DNA from: an uncultured Verrucomicrobiota bacterium
GTDB lineage: Bacteria; Verrucomicrobiota; Kiritimatiellia; JAAZAB01
DNA: 64,000 nucleotides
Direction of reading: 5' to 3'
Assembly: GCA_964463985.1 (NCBI GenBank)
Contig: CAYXEK010000004.1
Coordinates: 18,820-82,819, forward strand
Part shown: in pieces, positions 45,846 to 55,056 of the stretch
How positions within the stretch are numbered: the stretch's first letter is position 1
Layout: every line of letters starts with the position of its first letter
Translations under genes and position numbers: made by a program
The notes under the pieces: generated by a model
The model's input: the letters and a program-made list of their open reading frames with translations, nothing else
The model's database searches: none
What the model was told of the DNA's origin: nothing

Positions 45846-47762
45846 ATGGAACAGACACCCTGCGCAAACGATTACGGATGGTTGAACGATTTATTCCGCA
45901 ATTCGCCGGATGCGATCGTCATCCAGTCCCATGACGGGCGCATCCTGGACGCCAACCTCGCCATGAGCCGGCTGACCGGGCTGCCCCTGGCCGTTTTGAC
46001 CGGCAAGGCAATGGAAGAACTGCTGGCGAACGCGTATCGCCCGGCATGGAAACACGATTTTGAAATGCTGGCGTCCGGCAAATGGAACATGCTGGAGACG
46101 GCCATCATAGACGCGCGCAATGAGCACGCCACGCCGGTGGTGGCAACTATGATTTCCCGCAGCCAGCGCCGTCAACAAACGGTGATTATCATCCATTTCC
46201 ACGATTCCTCCATCTATCACACCGTGGAAAAGGCTCTAATGGCTTCCCAGGCGCAATGGGAGATGTCTTTCGACGCCATCACCGACTGCATGTGCATCCT
46301 TGACCACGAAGGCCGGATCCTGCGGGTCAACCGCGCCATGAGCCATCGTTTCAATCCGCACGTCCAGGGAGGTTTGTGCAACCGGAACTTCAGCGAAGTC
46401 CTGCGGCCGGCGGACGGACCGGACAAGACCCCGCTGCCTCACCCCGTGCGCAACGCGCCGTTTGTGCTTGGGAAAACCGCTTTTCAGGACATAGCGGGGT
46501 GGTTCAGCGCCACCGCTTATCCACTGCGCAACCAGGAGCAGACTCTGTTGGGGGGGGTGCTTATTCTCCATGACATCACCGCCCAACTGCATACCGAAGA
46601 GGCTTTGCAGAAAAGCCAAAACGCGCTGCGCCAGGCGGCCAAGATGGAAGCCGTCGGACGCCTGGCCGGCGGGATTGCCCACGATTTCAACAATATGCTG
46701 ACTTCCGTCCTGGGCTACAGTTCAATGATCGCCAAGAAAGTGCCGCCCGAAAGCGACATCTCTGGGGAAATTGAGGAAATCATGCATGCGGCGGAACGCG
46801 CCGCCGCCCTGACCCGCCAATTGCTGAATTTCAGCCATGAACGCGCCATCGAAACTCAGGTGATAAACATAAATTCCGTCATCACCAATCTCTCCAAGTT
46901 CATCCGCCACACCATCGGCGAAACCGTCGCGCTCAGCCTGGACCTGTCGCCGGAATTGGCTCCCGTCCAGGCCGACGTCTGCCGCCTGGAACAAATCCTG
47001 GTCAACCTGGCGATCAATGCCCGCGACGCCATGCCGGGCGGCGGCAAATTGATTATTGAAACGGCTGATTTCACCGCCAGCAGCAAATTCTGCGAGTCGC
47101 ATCCCCAGATTTTGCCGGGCGATTATGTTTTGCTGCAAGTCAGCGACACGGGGCAAGGCATGCCGCCCCATGTGCTGGAACACATTTTCGAGCCGTTTTT
47201 CACCACCAAACCCCGCGGCAAGGGCACCGGCCTGGGTTTGACCACGATCTACGGCATAGTCAAGCAGTTCGGAGGGTTCATCCTGTGTTATTCGGAAGTC
47301 AACCAGGGCACAACGTTTAAAATATACCTGCCGCAGTCCGCCGCACACCAGCCGGCCACGGAAATCAAAACCGAAACGGCGGAATTTCCGGGCGGCGCGG
47401 AAACCATCCTGGTGGTGGATGATGAAGAGTATATTGTCAAGCTGATCAACCAGATTCTGACCAAGCTCGGATATACCGTGCTGGCCACCACATCCTGCCG
47501 GGAAGCGCAGGAAATCTGCGGCAACGACCGGCGTATCGACCTGGTATTGACGGATATTGTCATGCCGGAAATGCACGGCATGGCGTTGCTTAAGCAATTG
47601 CGCCTGTGCCAGCCGCAGGTCAAAGCCGTCTTGATGTCAGGCTACACCAGCAATGCCGCCATGCAGATTGAAAAACTCCCGGAGAATATCGCCTTCCTGC
47701 AAAAACCTTTCAATTTAGAATCGCTGGCCAAAAGCGTCCGGAAGGCGCTGGCCGCCAAATGA
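45846..47762 (+). CDS. PAS-PAS hybrid sensor histidine kinase with receiver domain (CckA-like)
   Basis: KMEAVGRLAGGIAHDFNNML (H-box), QILVNLAINARDAM, SDTGQGM, FEPFFTTK...GTGLGL, and REC ILVVDD...DIVMPEM.G...MSGY...KPF. Confidence 0.93.
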   Translation: MEQTPCANDYGWLNDLFRNSPDAIVIQSHDGRILDANLAMSRLTGLPLAVLTGKAMEELLANAYRPAWKHDFEMLASGKWNMLETAIIDARNEHATPVVATMISRSQRRQQTVIIIHFHDSSIYHTVEKALMASQAQWEMSFDAITDCMCILDHEGRILRVNRAMSHRFNPHVQGGLCNRNFSEVLRPADGPDKTPLPHPVRNAPFVLGKTAFQDIAGWFSATAYPLRNQEQTLLGGVLILHDITAQLHTEEALQKSQNALRQAAKMEAVGRLAGGIAHDFNNMLTSVLGYSSMIAKKVPPESDISGEIEEIMHAAERAAALTRQLLNFSHERAIETQVININSVITNLSKFIRHTIGETVALSLDLSPELAPVQADVCRLEQILVNLAINARDAMPGGGKLIIETADFTASSKFCESHPQILPGDYVLLQVSDTGQGMPPHVLEHIFEPFFTTKPRGKGTGLGLTTIYGIVKQFGGFILCYSEVNQGTTFKIYLPQSAAHQPATEIKTETAEFPGGAETILVVDDEEYIVKLINQILTKLGYTVLATTSCREAQEICGNDRRIDLVLTDIVMPEMHGMALLKQLRLCQPQVKAVLMSGYTSNAAMQIEKLPENIAFLQKPFNLESLAKSVRKALAAK

Positions 47763-47802
47763 CTGATGATTTTTAACGCCGAAACGAAAGGACGCCGCCA
47801 TT

Positions 47803-49308
47803 ATGAACCAGCGACGGGCAGTGGAAACATTCATGGAGGCCTTTCCTCATGACGGCATTACGTTTGACGATGTGTCCCTCGTGCCGGATTATGCGGATTT
47901 CCTTCCGCATGAAGCGGATGTTGCCGCCCGGCTGACCAAGCGCATCGGCTTGAACATACCGTTTCTCAGCGCCGCCATGGATACGGTGACGGAAAGCCGC
48001 ATGGCCATCGGCATGGCCATGCAGGGCGGCATAGGCATTATCCACAAAAACATGGACATCTCCCGGCAATGCCGCGAGGTGGAAATCGTCAAGCACCATT
48101 TGAACGGCCTGATCCGCACCCCCATCACCTTCAAGCCCGCCGACACCCTGCGCTATGTCATGGAATACAAGGCCAGCCACGGATTTGCCTTCTCCGGCTT
48201 CCCGATCGTTGACGGCGACCAGCGGCTGGCGGGAATCTTAACCGCTGCCGACATTAAATTCGTGCGCGACCAGGATGTCCCCGTATCCGAAATCATGACC
48301 CGCAAGGTGATTACCGCCGGCCCGGCCACCACGCTGGAAGAAGCCTACGCCATCATGCAACGCGAAAAAGTCGGAAAGCTTCCGTTGGTGGAAAACGGCA
48401 AGCTGGTCGGCCTGTACAGCTTTTCCGATGTCCACACCCTGATCGAAAATGCCCGCCCGCTCTTCAACCGCGACCAGCGCCACCGCCTGCGGGTGGGCGC
48501 CGCCATCGGCGCAGGCGATCATGAGCGGGCCCAGGCGCTGGCGGAAAAAAACGCGGATGTGCTGGTCGTTGACACGGCCCACGGCCACAGCCGCAACGTG
48601 CTGGAAATGTGCCGATGGATTAAAAGCCATTTTCCCGATTTGGATGTGATCGCCGGCAATATCGCCACCGCCGAAGCCGCCCTGGCCCTCCGCGACGCCG
48701 GGGCGGACGGCATCAAGGTCGGCATCGGACCGGGCTCGATTTGCACCACGCGCGTGGTGGCCGGCGTGGGCATTCCGCAAATTTCCGCCATTTACCGCTG
48801 CGCCCAGGCTCTGCGCGGCAGCGTCCCCTTGATCGCCGACGGCGGCATCCGCTTTTCCGGCGACGTTCCCAAGGCCATTGTGGCCGGGGCCGACTCGGTG
48901 ATGATGGGCTCAATTCTGGCAGGCACCGAAGAAAGCCCCGGCGAAAAAACCATCTACCAGGGACGGCAATACGTGGTTTACCGCGGCATGGGCAGCCTGA
49001 CGGCCATGCAATCCTCCCGCGGCAGCCGGGAACGCTACGGACAGGCGGACACGCCCGAAGCCGACTTGATTCCCCAGGGTATTGAGGGCATTGTTCCTTT
49101 TTCCGGCAAGCTGGAAAAAGTGCTGACGCAATTCTGCGGCGGCCTGCGCGCCGCCTGCGGCTACTGCGGCTGCCGCACGATCGCCGACTTGCAACAACGG
49201 GGGCGGCTGGTGCGCGTGAGTTTTGCAGGCGTGCGCGAAGCGCATCCGCACGACGTGAAAATCATGAAGGAAGCGCCCAACTACACCTTGAACAATCCGC
49301 AACTTTAA
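47803..49308 (+). CDS. guaB: IMP dehydrogenase
   Basis: [17 protein letters not shown] pair, [29 protein letters not shown] and PQGIEG. Confidence 0.97.
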   Translation: MNQRRAVETFMEAFPHDGITFDDVSLVPDYADFLPHEADVAARLTKRIGLNIPFLSAAMDTVTESRMAIGMAMQGGIGIIHKNMDISRQCREVEIVKHHLNGLIRTPITFKPADTLRYVMEYKASHGFAFSGFPIVDGDQRLAGILTAADIKFVRDQDVPVSEIMTRKVITAGPATTLEEAYAIMQREKVGKLPLVENGKLVGLYSFSDVHTLIENARPLFNRDQRHRLRVGAAIGAGDHERAQALAEKNADVLVVDTAHGHSRNVLEMCRWIKSHFPDLDVIAGNIATAEAALALRDAGADGIKVGIGPGSICTTRVVAGVGIPQISAIYRCAQALRGSVPLIADGGIRFSGDVPKAIVAGADSVMMGSILAGTEESPGEKTIYQGRQYVVYRGMGSLTAMQSSRGSRERYGQADTPEADLIPQGIEGIVPFSGKLEKVLTQFCGGLRAACGYCGCRTIADLQQRGRLVRVSFAGVREAHPHDVKIMKEAPNYTLNNPQL

Positions 49309-49309
49309 G

Positions 49310-50260
49310 TTAAAGCGCGCCGAAAAGAATACTGGTAAATGTCACCAGCGGCGAAGTCTCGCGGATATCGTCCAGGGTCTTGCGGGCATCGCCCAGCGTT
49401 GCCATGGTTTCGGCATACAGGCCGTCTTCGTTGACCAGTTTGCCCAGGGTGCCTTCGCCGCGGTTGATCTTGGCGGCAATGCCCTCCAGGTTGCCGGCGG
49501 CTCCGTCCAGCTTGGACAGCAGCCCGCCCTCCCCCGCCGCCTGCTTGAGCTGCGCCATCAAGTCCCGCGCATCGTTGTACAAAGCTTCATCCGCCACCAG
49601 TTTTCCCAGCGTGCCTTCCCCGGCGCGGACCTTGGCCGTGATCTCCTCCAGGTTGCCGGCGGCTCCGTCCAGCTTGGACAGCAGCCCGCCCTCCCCTGCC
49701 GCCTGCTTGAGCTGCGCCATCAAGTCCCGCGCATCGTTGTACAACGCTTCATCCGCCACCAGTTTTCCCAGCGTGCCTTCCCCGGCGCGGACCTTGGCCG
49801 TGATCTCGCGGAAATCGGCGACAACGTCAGCCGCCAGCACCATAAAATCGCGGGGCGTTTCGCCGCGCAGCAAAGCGTCCGGCGGCATTTCCGCGCCGGT
49901 CCGGCCCTCGTCCACCTGCAAATAACGCCCGCCCAGCACGGAAGTGGAAACCACCCGGACGGCGTAATCCTCCTTCAGGCGCAACGGGCGCCGCAGCGTG
50001 GCGGTAATATGCACGCCATCCTCGCGCAATTCCAACTGTTTCACCTTGCCGACCGTCATGCCGCGGATAACCACGTTGTCGCCGTCGCGCAATCCCATGA
50101 CATCCTCGAAGACCACTTCCAGCGGGTAAGTCCGGGCCAGGTAATTTTCCCGGCTGAGAATGATGGTGAAAAACGCCAGGCTTAAAAGCACCACAAACAT
50201 AAAAGCGCCGACCAGCATCTCCAGAAACAGTTCCCGCGCTCGATTGCTGATGCGTTTCAT
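49310..50260 (-). CDS. mlaD: MlaD/MCE family protein with extended helical region
   Basis: N-terminal TM, F.DV.GL..GD.V..RG..VG.V, S.LGGRYL and repeated GEGTLGKLV.DE.LY. Confidence 0.88.
   Translation of the reverse strand: MKRISNRARELFLEMLVGAFMFVVLLSLAFFTIILSRENYLARTYPLEVVFEDVMGLRDGDNVVIRGMTVGKVKQLELREDGVHITATLRRPLRLKEDYAVRVVSTSVLGGRYLQVDEGRTGAEMPPDALLRGETPRDFMVLAADVVADFREITAKVRAGEGTLGKLVADEALYNDARDLMAQLKQAAGEGGLLSKLDGAAGNLEEITAKVRAGEGTLGKLVADEALYNDARDLMAQLKQAAGEGGLLSKLDGAAGNLEGIAAKINRGEGTLGKLVNEDGLYAETMATLGDARKTLDDIRETSPLVTFTSILFGAL
49484..49807. repeat. in-frame 162-bp tandem duplication inside mlaD
   Basis: 49484-49645 versus 49646-49807 differ at 2 positions, both synonymous Ala codons. 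Confidence 0.95.
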
Positions 50261-51015
50261 GCCAGCTCCTCCCAAGGACCTTTTTTGGTAATATACTGCG
50301 CGTCCAGAAAATCACGCACTTCCGGACGGCGCGACCTGACAAATTCCGCCGGCGGCGCCACCTCGACGAACCGGCCCTGGTGAATCATCGCAATGCGGGT
50401 GCCGATGGCCAGCGCGCTGAACAAGTCATGCGTGACCACCACCCCCGTGACTTTGAGTTCCCGGCGCAGCCGGTCAATCAACTGGTCAATTGCACGGGAA
50501 GTCACCGGGTCCAGGCCGGAGGTCGGCTCGTCATACAAAATGATTTCAGGATTGGTGACTATGGCGCGGGCCAGTCCGACGCGCTTACGCATGCCGCCGG
50601 ACAAATCGGAGGGCCGGGCGTCATAAACATCTTCCAGATTGACCAGGCTCAGTGTTTCCCGCACGCGCCGGCGGATTTCCCCGTCGGGCATTCTGGTTTT
50701 TTCGCGCAAGGGCAGCGCCACGTTCTCCCCGACAGTCAGCCATTCCAGCAGGGCGGCTCCCTGAAAAAGCAATCCGAACCGCTCGCGCAACCGCACGAGT
50801 TCGCGGGTGCCGGCATGGCTGATGTCGGCGCCGTCAATCCAGACCGTCCCGCGGTCGGGCGTCAGCAGCCGGATCATATGCTTGAGCGAAACGCTTTTCC
50901 CGGCGCCGGAAAACCCGACAATGACGAAGGTCTCTCCCTGCCGCACCTCAAAATCAAGGTCATCCAGCACCTTCCGCGGTCCGAAATACTTGGTCACATG
51001 TTCAAAACGGATCAT
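50257..51015 (-). CDS. mlaF: MlaF-type ABC ATPase
   Basis: GFSGAGKS, LFQGAAL, LSGGMRKRVGLARA, LYDEPTSGLDP and VVTHD. Confidence 0.92.
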   Translation of the reverse strand: MIRFEHVTKYFGPRKVLDDLDFEVRQGETFVIVGFSGAGKSVSLKHMIRLLTPDRGTVWIDGADISHAGTRELVRLRERFGLLFQGAALLEWLTVGENVALPLREKTRMPDGEIRRRVRETLSLVNLEDVYDARPSDLSGGMRKRVGLARAIVTNPEIILYDEPTSGLDPVTSRAIDQLIDRLRRELKVTGVVVTHDLFSALAIGTRIAMIHQGRFVEVAPPAEFVRSRRPEVRDFLDAQYITKKGPWEELA

Positions 51016-51824
51016 ACGTAAAACAGGCGGGTAATGATGTAGCCGACGATCAAGATTGACAGAAACGAAATAATCACGCTGCGCCGGGTGGCCCGACCCA
51101 CGCCCACCGCCCCTTCGGTGGTCGCGAAACCCTGGTGGCAGGAGACCGTCGTGATCATGATGCCGAACACGAACGACTTGAACAGGCCGACATACAGGTC
51201 CTTGTTCTCCGCAAAACGGGTGGCGTTATCCATGTAGGCCGGCAAGGCCACGCCCAACTGCGTTACGCCCACGATTGCGCCCCCGACGACGCCCAGCATG
51301 CAGGCGTAAAATGTCATCAGGGGCGTCATTACCATCATCGCCGCCAGGCGGGGCATTACCAGGAAGCGCACCGGCGGAATGGACATGACTTCCAGCGCGG
51401 CGATTTCCTCGGAAACCACCATCGTCCCCAGTTCGGCGGCCATCGCCGAACCCACGCTGGCGGCCAGGATCAAAGCGGTCATGAACGGGCCCATTTCGCG
51501 CAGCAGCGAAATCATCACCGCCGCCCCGATGTTGACTTCCTGGCCGAATTTCCGCAACTCCAGCCCGGTCTGCAAGGCCAGGATCATGCCGGTAAACATC
51601 GCCACCACCGAAATCACGCCAATGCTTTTTATGCCGGTGACATATAGCTGGTACACCACTTCGGGCCAGGCGCGCGCGCCGAACATGAAGCGCAGGTCCA
51701 GCAGGGCCTCCCATAACATCAGGAGCGCCCGGCCGGCATTCCGGCAGGAAATCCAGACCTGGCGCCCCAGCCATCCAAACCAGTTGATGGGAGGCGGATA
51801 AAATTCCGGTTCGCGGGTTAACAT
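51012..51824 (-). CDS. mlaE: MlaE family permease
   Basis: FTGMILALQ, REMGP..TA..LA..VGS..AAELGTM...EEI.AL and GAVGVGRAT..SV. Confidence 0.92.
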   Translation of the reverse strand: MLTREPEFYPPPINWFGWLGRQVWISCRNAGRALLMLWEALLDLRFMFGARAWPEVVYQLYVTGIKSIGVISVVAMFTGMILALQTGLELRKFGQEVNIGAAVMISLLREMGPFMTALILAASVGSAMAAELGTMVVSEEIAALEVMSIPPVRFLVMPRLAAMMVMTPLMTFYACMLGVVGGAIVGVTQLGVALPAYMDNATRFAENKDLYVGLFKSFVFGIMITTVSCHQGFATTEGAVGVGRATRRSVIISFLSILIVGYIITRLFYV

Positions 51825-51890
51825 AAGCAGATTAAACCAATTTCCGGAACCAGCCGCAAACAAATTTGCGCGGCGGGTAGCTGAAATGTA

Positions 51891-53357
51891 TCAAGGGCTC
51901 GCGGTTGCCGGCGCCGGCGCCGTTTTACCGCCGTCCGCCAGCGGCCATCTGATAAAATACAGCAAACGCAGGCGCCGGCCGGCCGCGGTGCGGGTATAAC
52001 CGAAAGCCCCCCCCAGCACCGACCAATCCAGCGCGCCTTCCGCCGGCCGCGCGGCATACCGGGCCAGGGGGAACAACGAGTAGCGCCGGCTGCCGTCCGC
52101 GCCGCGCCGGTGGCGGAAAACACCCCACAGGCATTCCTGCTCCATGGCGTCCGGCGTGGTTTCGCGGCGATAGAGTGTCCATAACGGCGCGTAATTGCGG
52201 TCAACCTGCTCCCAGTCCTTGAACGGCAGCAATGTCGGCGCCCGCAGCAGACTCCGCCCGTTTTCTTCCCGCCGGGTAAACAGCGGCCAGATTTTACGCA
52301 CCCGGCGTTCGATGCCCGGAGCCGGCCTTGTTTGTTTCTCATCGGTGCAATAAACAAACGGCAGCACCCAGCTGCGTTGCCGGTCGTTATGCGGAGAAAT
52401 CTGCCGGGTGCGCATGCAGATCGGCCAGGCAATAAATCCATGCGCATAACCGCCGGCGGTTTTCCGGCCCCAGAGCGGCCAGAAATATGTCTGGTCCACG
52501 ACGCCGCGGCTGACCTGGATCAACGGCCAGGGGGCATACACCTGGTTCAACCGGCCGCCGCGTGAAAAGCGGAAAAAGGGCGGCAGGAACATCCAGGACG
52601 ACTGGTCTTCCAACTGCACGCGTCCGAACAAGGGGAACAGGGCATAACCTGTTCCCGCGGCGCCGGCATAACCGTAACGCGCATGATTCCAAACCGGCCA
52701 TAAAACGAAATATTTTTCAAAATCATCGCGGCGCCTGGAATATCCGTAAAGCGGGAAGAACCGATGCCGCTCGATTTCCGCATTCCAACTGCGGGAGATT
52801 ACCGGCCACAGGCAAAACCAGCCCTGCAGGTCGTCCACGCGCGTGCGGCCAAACAGCGGAAACAGCCAGAACTGCACCTGGTCGTAGAACAGGAAATCGC
52901 GGATCGTGCCGCCCAGGGGAAACAACGCCCAGTAAGGCCGGCCGGCGTCATCCCGGCCCTGGAAATAAAAAGGCAAAGCCCGGAAAGAATAGCGGGCGCG
53001 CGGATCGTTAATGTCATCGTCCCGCCAGGAGACCAGCAGCAGGCAACGCCATTGAGCGGCCGTCCCATCCCAGGCTTTTGCATTCCAGACCGGCCAGAGC
53101 ACATCCTGGACCACTTTGCGCTCGGCCGGGTCGTGCTCGCGGCTGTACAGGGGCCGGACCGCGGCCAGACGGCAGCCGTTCGTACCGGCGCGGAATTCCA
53201 CCAAAGGGCCCAGGGCGCGCCAACGGGTTTCGCCGGAAAGGGTGGTATCCCGCGCCAGCAGCGGGCCCCAGTCCAATGCCGCCGCGCCGGCGGCCGGGAG
53301 GACGGCCAGGAGGCAGATTGCGGCCCAAAGCCTCGCGCGCATGGATAAACTTGACAT
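51891..53357 (-). CDS. exported Trp/Phe/Pro-rich repeat protein, probably outer-membrane beta-structure
   Basis: Signal peptide followed by many WP/FPL(F/Y) motifs spaced about 17-20 aa apart. Confidence 0.65.
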   Translation of the reverse strand: MSSLSMRARLWAAICLLAVLPAAGAAALDWGPLLARDTTLSGETRWRALGPLVEFRAGTNGCRLAAVRPLYSREHDPAERKVVQDVLWPVWNAKAWDGTAAQWRCLLLVSWRDDDINDPRARYSFRALPFYFQGRDDAGRPYWALFPLGGTIRDFLFYDQVQFWLFPLFGRTRVDDLQGWFCLWPVISRSWNAEIERHRFFPLYGYSRRRDDFEKYFVLWPVWNHARYGYAGAAGTGYALFPLFGRVQLEDQSSWMFLPPFFRFSRGGRLNQVYAPWPLIQVSRGVVDQTYFWPLWGRKTAGGYAHGFIAWPICMRTRQISPHNDRQRSWVLPFVYCTDEKQTRPAPGIERRVRKIWPLFTRREENGRSLLRAPTLLPFKDWEQVDRNYAPLWTLYRRETTPDAMEQECLWGVFRHRRGADGSRRYSLFPLARYAARPAEGALDWSVLGGAFGYTRTAAGRRLRLLYFIRWPLADGGKTAPAPATASP

Positions 53358-53417
53358 GTCGTAAATTATACCAGCCCCCGGGAAATCCGCCAGACAATTA
53401 GACCGCCTGCGCAAGGT

Positions 53418-54785
53418 TTACCCGCCGGCGGTCGGCGCCTGCAAGGCGCGCTGTGTGCGCCGTATCCAATAGATGCCGATGCCGCCCGCGGCCAGGTCCG
53501 CCGCCAAACGTCCCCAGAATATTCCGCGGACTCCGCCGAGACGCGCGCCGAGATACACCAGCGGAATCAGCAGGGCCACCACGCGCACGGCATTGAGCAT
53601 GGCCGCCGACACCGGACGATGGACGCCGGCAAGATAAAAGCTGCAATAGCGGTGCGCTTCCATCATCCCGTACCCGAAGGCAATAATGCGGATATAAGCC
53701 ACAATAATCTCCACCACGCGGGGATCGCGGCTGAACACCTTGGCCATCCACGGGGCGCAGCCGAAAAACACCACCGCCACTGCCAGGCCGTACAGCAGCG
53801 CAAAACCCAGGCTGAGCCGCATGGCTTCCCGGATGCGGTCCAGCCGGCCGGCGCCGTAATTCTGGCTGACAAACGGCGTCAGGGAAATCCCCAACGCCAT
53901 CGGAATGACAAACGCAAACATTTCCAGGCGGCCGGCCGCGCCGCTGGCCGCCACGGCTTCGCGGCCGAAGCCGCCCAGCAACCGGGTGATGATGGCGGCG
54001 GACACCGGCATTAAAATCATGCTCAGGATATTGGGCACGCTGAATGACATGATTTTGCGGAACGAATCCAGCCAGTCGCGCGCCCGCCAGCGCGCCCATG
54101 CCAGCAACCGGTGTTCCCGCATCAGGAGGCGCAACAACCAAACCGCCGCCACGGCCTGTGCCAGCACGGTCGCCAGGGCCGCCCCCCGGATGCCCATGGC
54201 CGGCGCTCCGCCCCAGCCGAAAATCAAGACCGGGTCAAGGATGGTGTTCAGGATTGGACCCAGCAGCATCATCCGGGCCGCCCGGCACGAATCGCCGGCG
54301 GCGATCAGCAAGCCGTTCCCCAGCATCGGCAAAGCCATGAACACAGCGCCCAGGTACCAGATGCGCATGTAACCCGCCACCAGCGGCATGGTTTGCGCAT
54401 CCGCGCCCAGGCGGCGGAAAATGGCATCAATGCTGCCGCAGCCCACCGCGGACATCACGCCCGCCACCGCCAGCATCAAAAGCACACCATGGGTAACAAT
54501 CCGGGCGGCAGCGCCGGGCGCCAGCCGGCCGAGCGCGTGCGACGCCAGTGTCGCCACCCCGTTCCCGATACCGCTGGCGACACAGGTGAGCAGCATGACC
54601 ACCGGAAAACTGAATCCCATCGCGGCCAGCGGCGCCGTCCCCAAACGCGAAACGAACCAGGTGTCGGTCAGGTGGTAGGCATTCATGGCGAATGTGCCTG
54701 CCAACATCGGGAAGGCCATGCTGAACATGGTGCGCTTGACGCTCTGGCGGACCAGTGCGGATGCTGCCTGTTTCGGCTCGCTCAT
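53418..54785 (-). CDS. MATE family efflux transporter
   Basis: TDT.FV..LGT..LAA.G..FP, A.GD...A...M...LN.ILDP.LIFG..G.P.MGI.GAALAT. Confidence 0.92.
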   Translation of the reverse strand: MSEPKQAASALVRQSVKRTMFSMAFPMLAGTFAMNAYHLTDTWFVSRLGTAPLAAMGFSFPVVMLLTCVASGIGNGVATLASHALGRLAPGAAARIVTHGVLLMLAVAGVMSAVGCGSIDAIFRRLGADAQTMPLVAGYMRIWYLGAVFMALPMLGNGLLIAAGDSCRAARMMLLGPILNTILDPVLIFGWGGAPAMGIRGAALATVLAQAVAAVWLLRLLMREHRLLAWARWRARDWLDSFRKIMSFSVPNILSMILMPVSAAIITRLLGGFGREAVAASGAAGRLEMFAFVIPMALGISLTPFVSQNYGAGRLDRIREAMRLSLGFALLYGLAVAVVFFGCAPWMAKVFSRDPRVVEIIVAYIRIIAFGYGMMEAHRYCSFYLAGVHRPVSAAMLNAVRVVALLIPLVYLGARLGGVRGIFWGRLAADLAAGGIGIYWIRRTQRALQAPTAGG

Positions 54786-55056
54786 GGCCGCGCGCGCCCG
54801 CCGGTCCGGCGGCCGGCGTCGGCGGCGGGCGGTTCGGATGGCGCGGTTCTGGTTGAGAGACAGGACATGGTTGCTCCGGCTGTTGAATTCAAACGGCTTT
54901 TTAATATCGCCGTTTGAATTTGTCAATGACCTTTTGCGCCAGACGCGCGGTTGTGCATTGCAGCCAGGCAGTTTTCCGGTTAGGCTTGCCTTCGGACACG
55001 GTTAAGCGGAGGGATATCATCCGTGTTTCGAGCAAAATGCAAGGCCGGCGGACGGA

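Noticed and set aside
47763-47802. Purine riboswitch before guaB
   Set aside because: The spacer is only 40 bp, too short for the aptamer.
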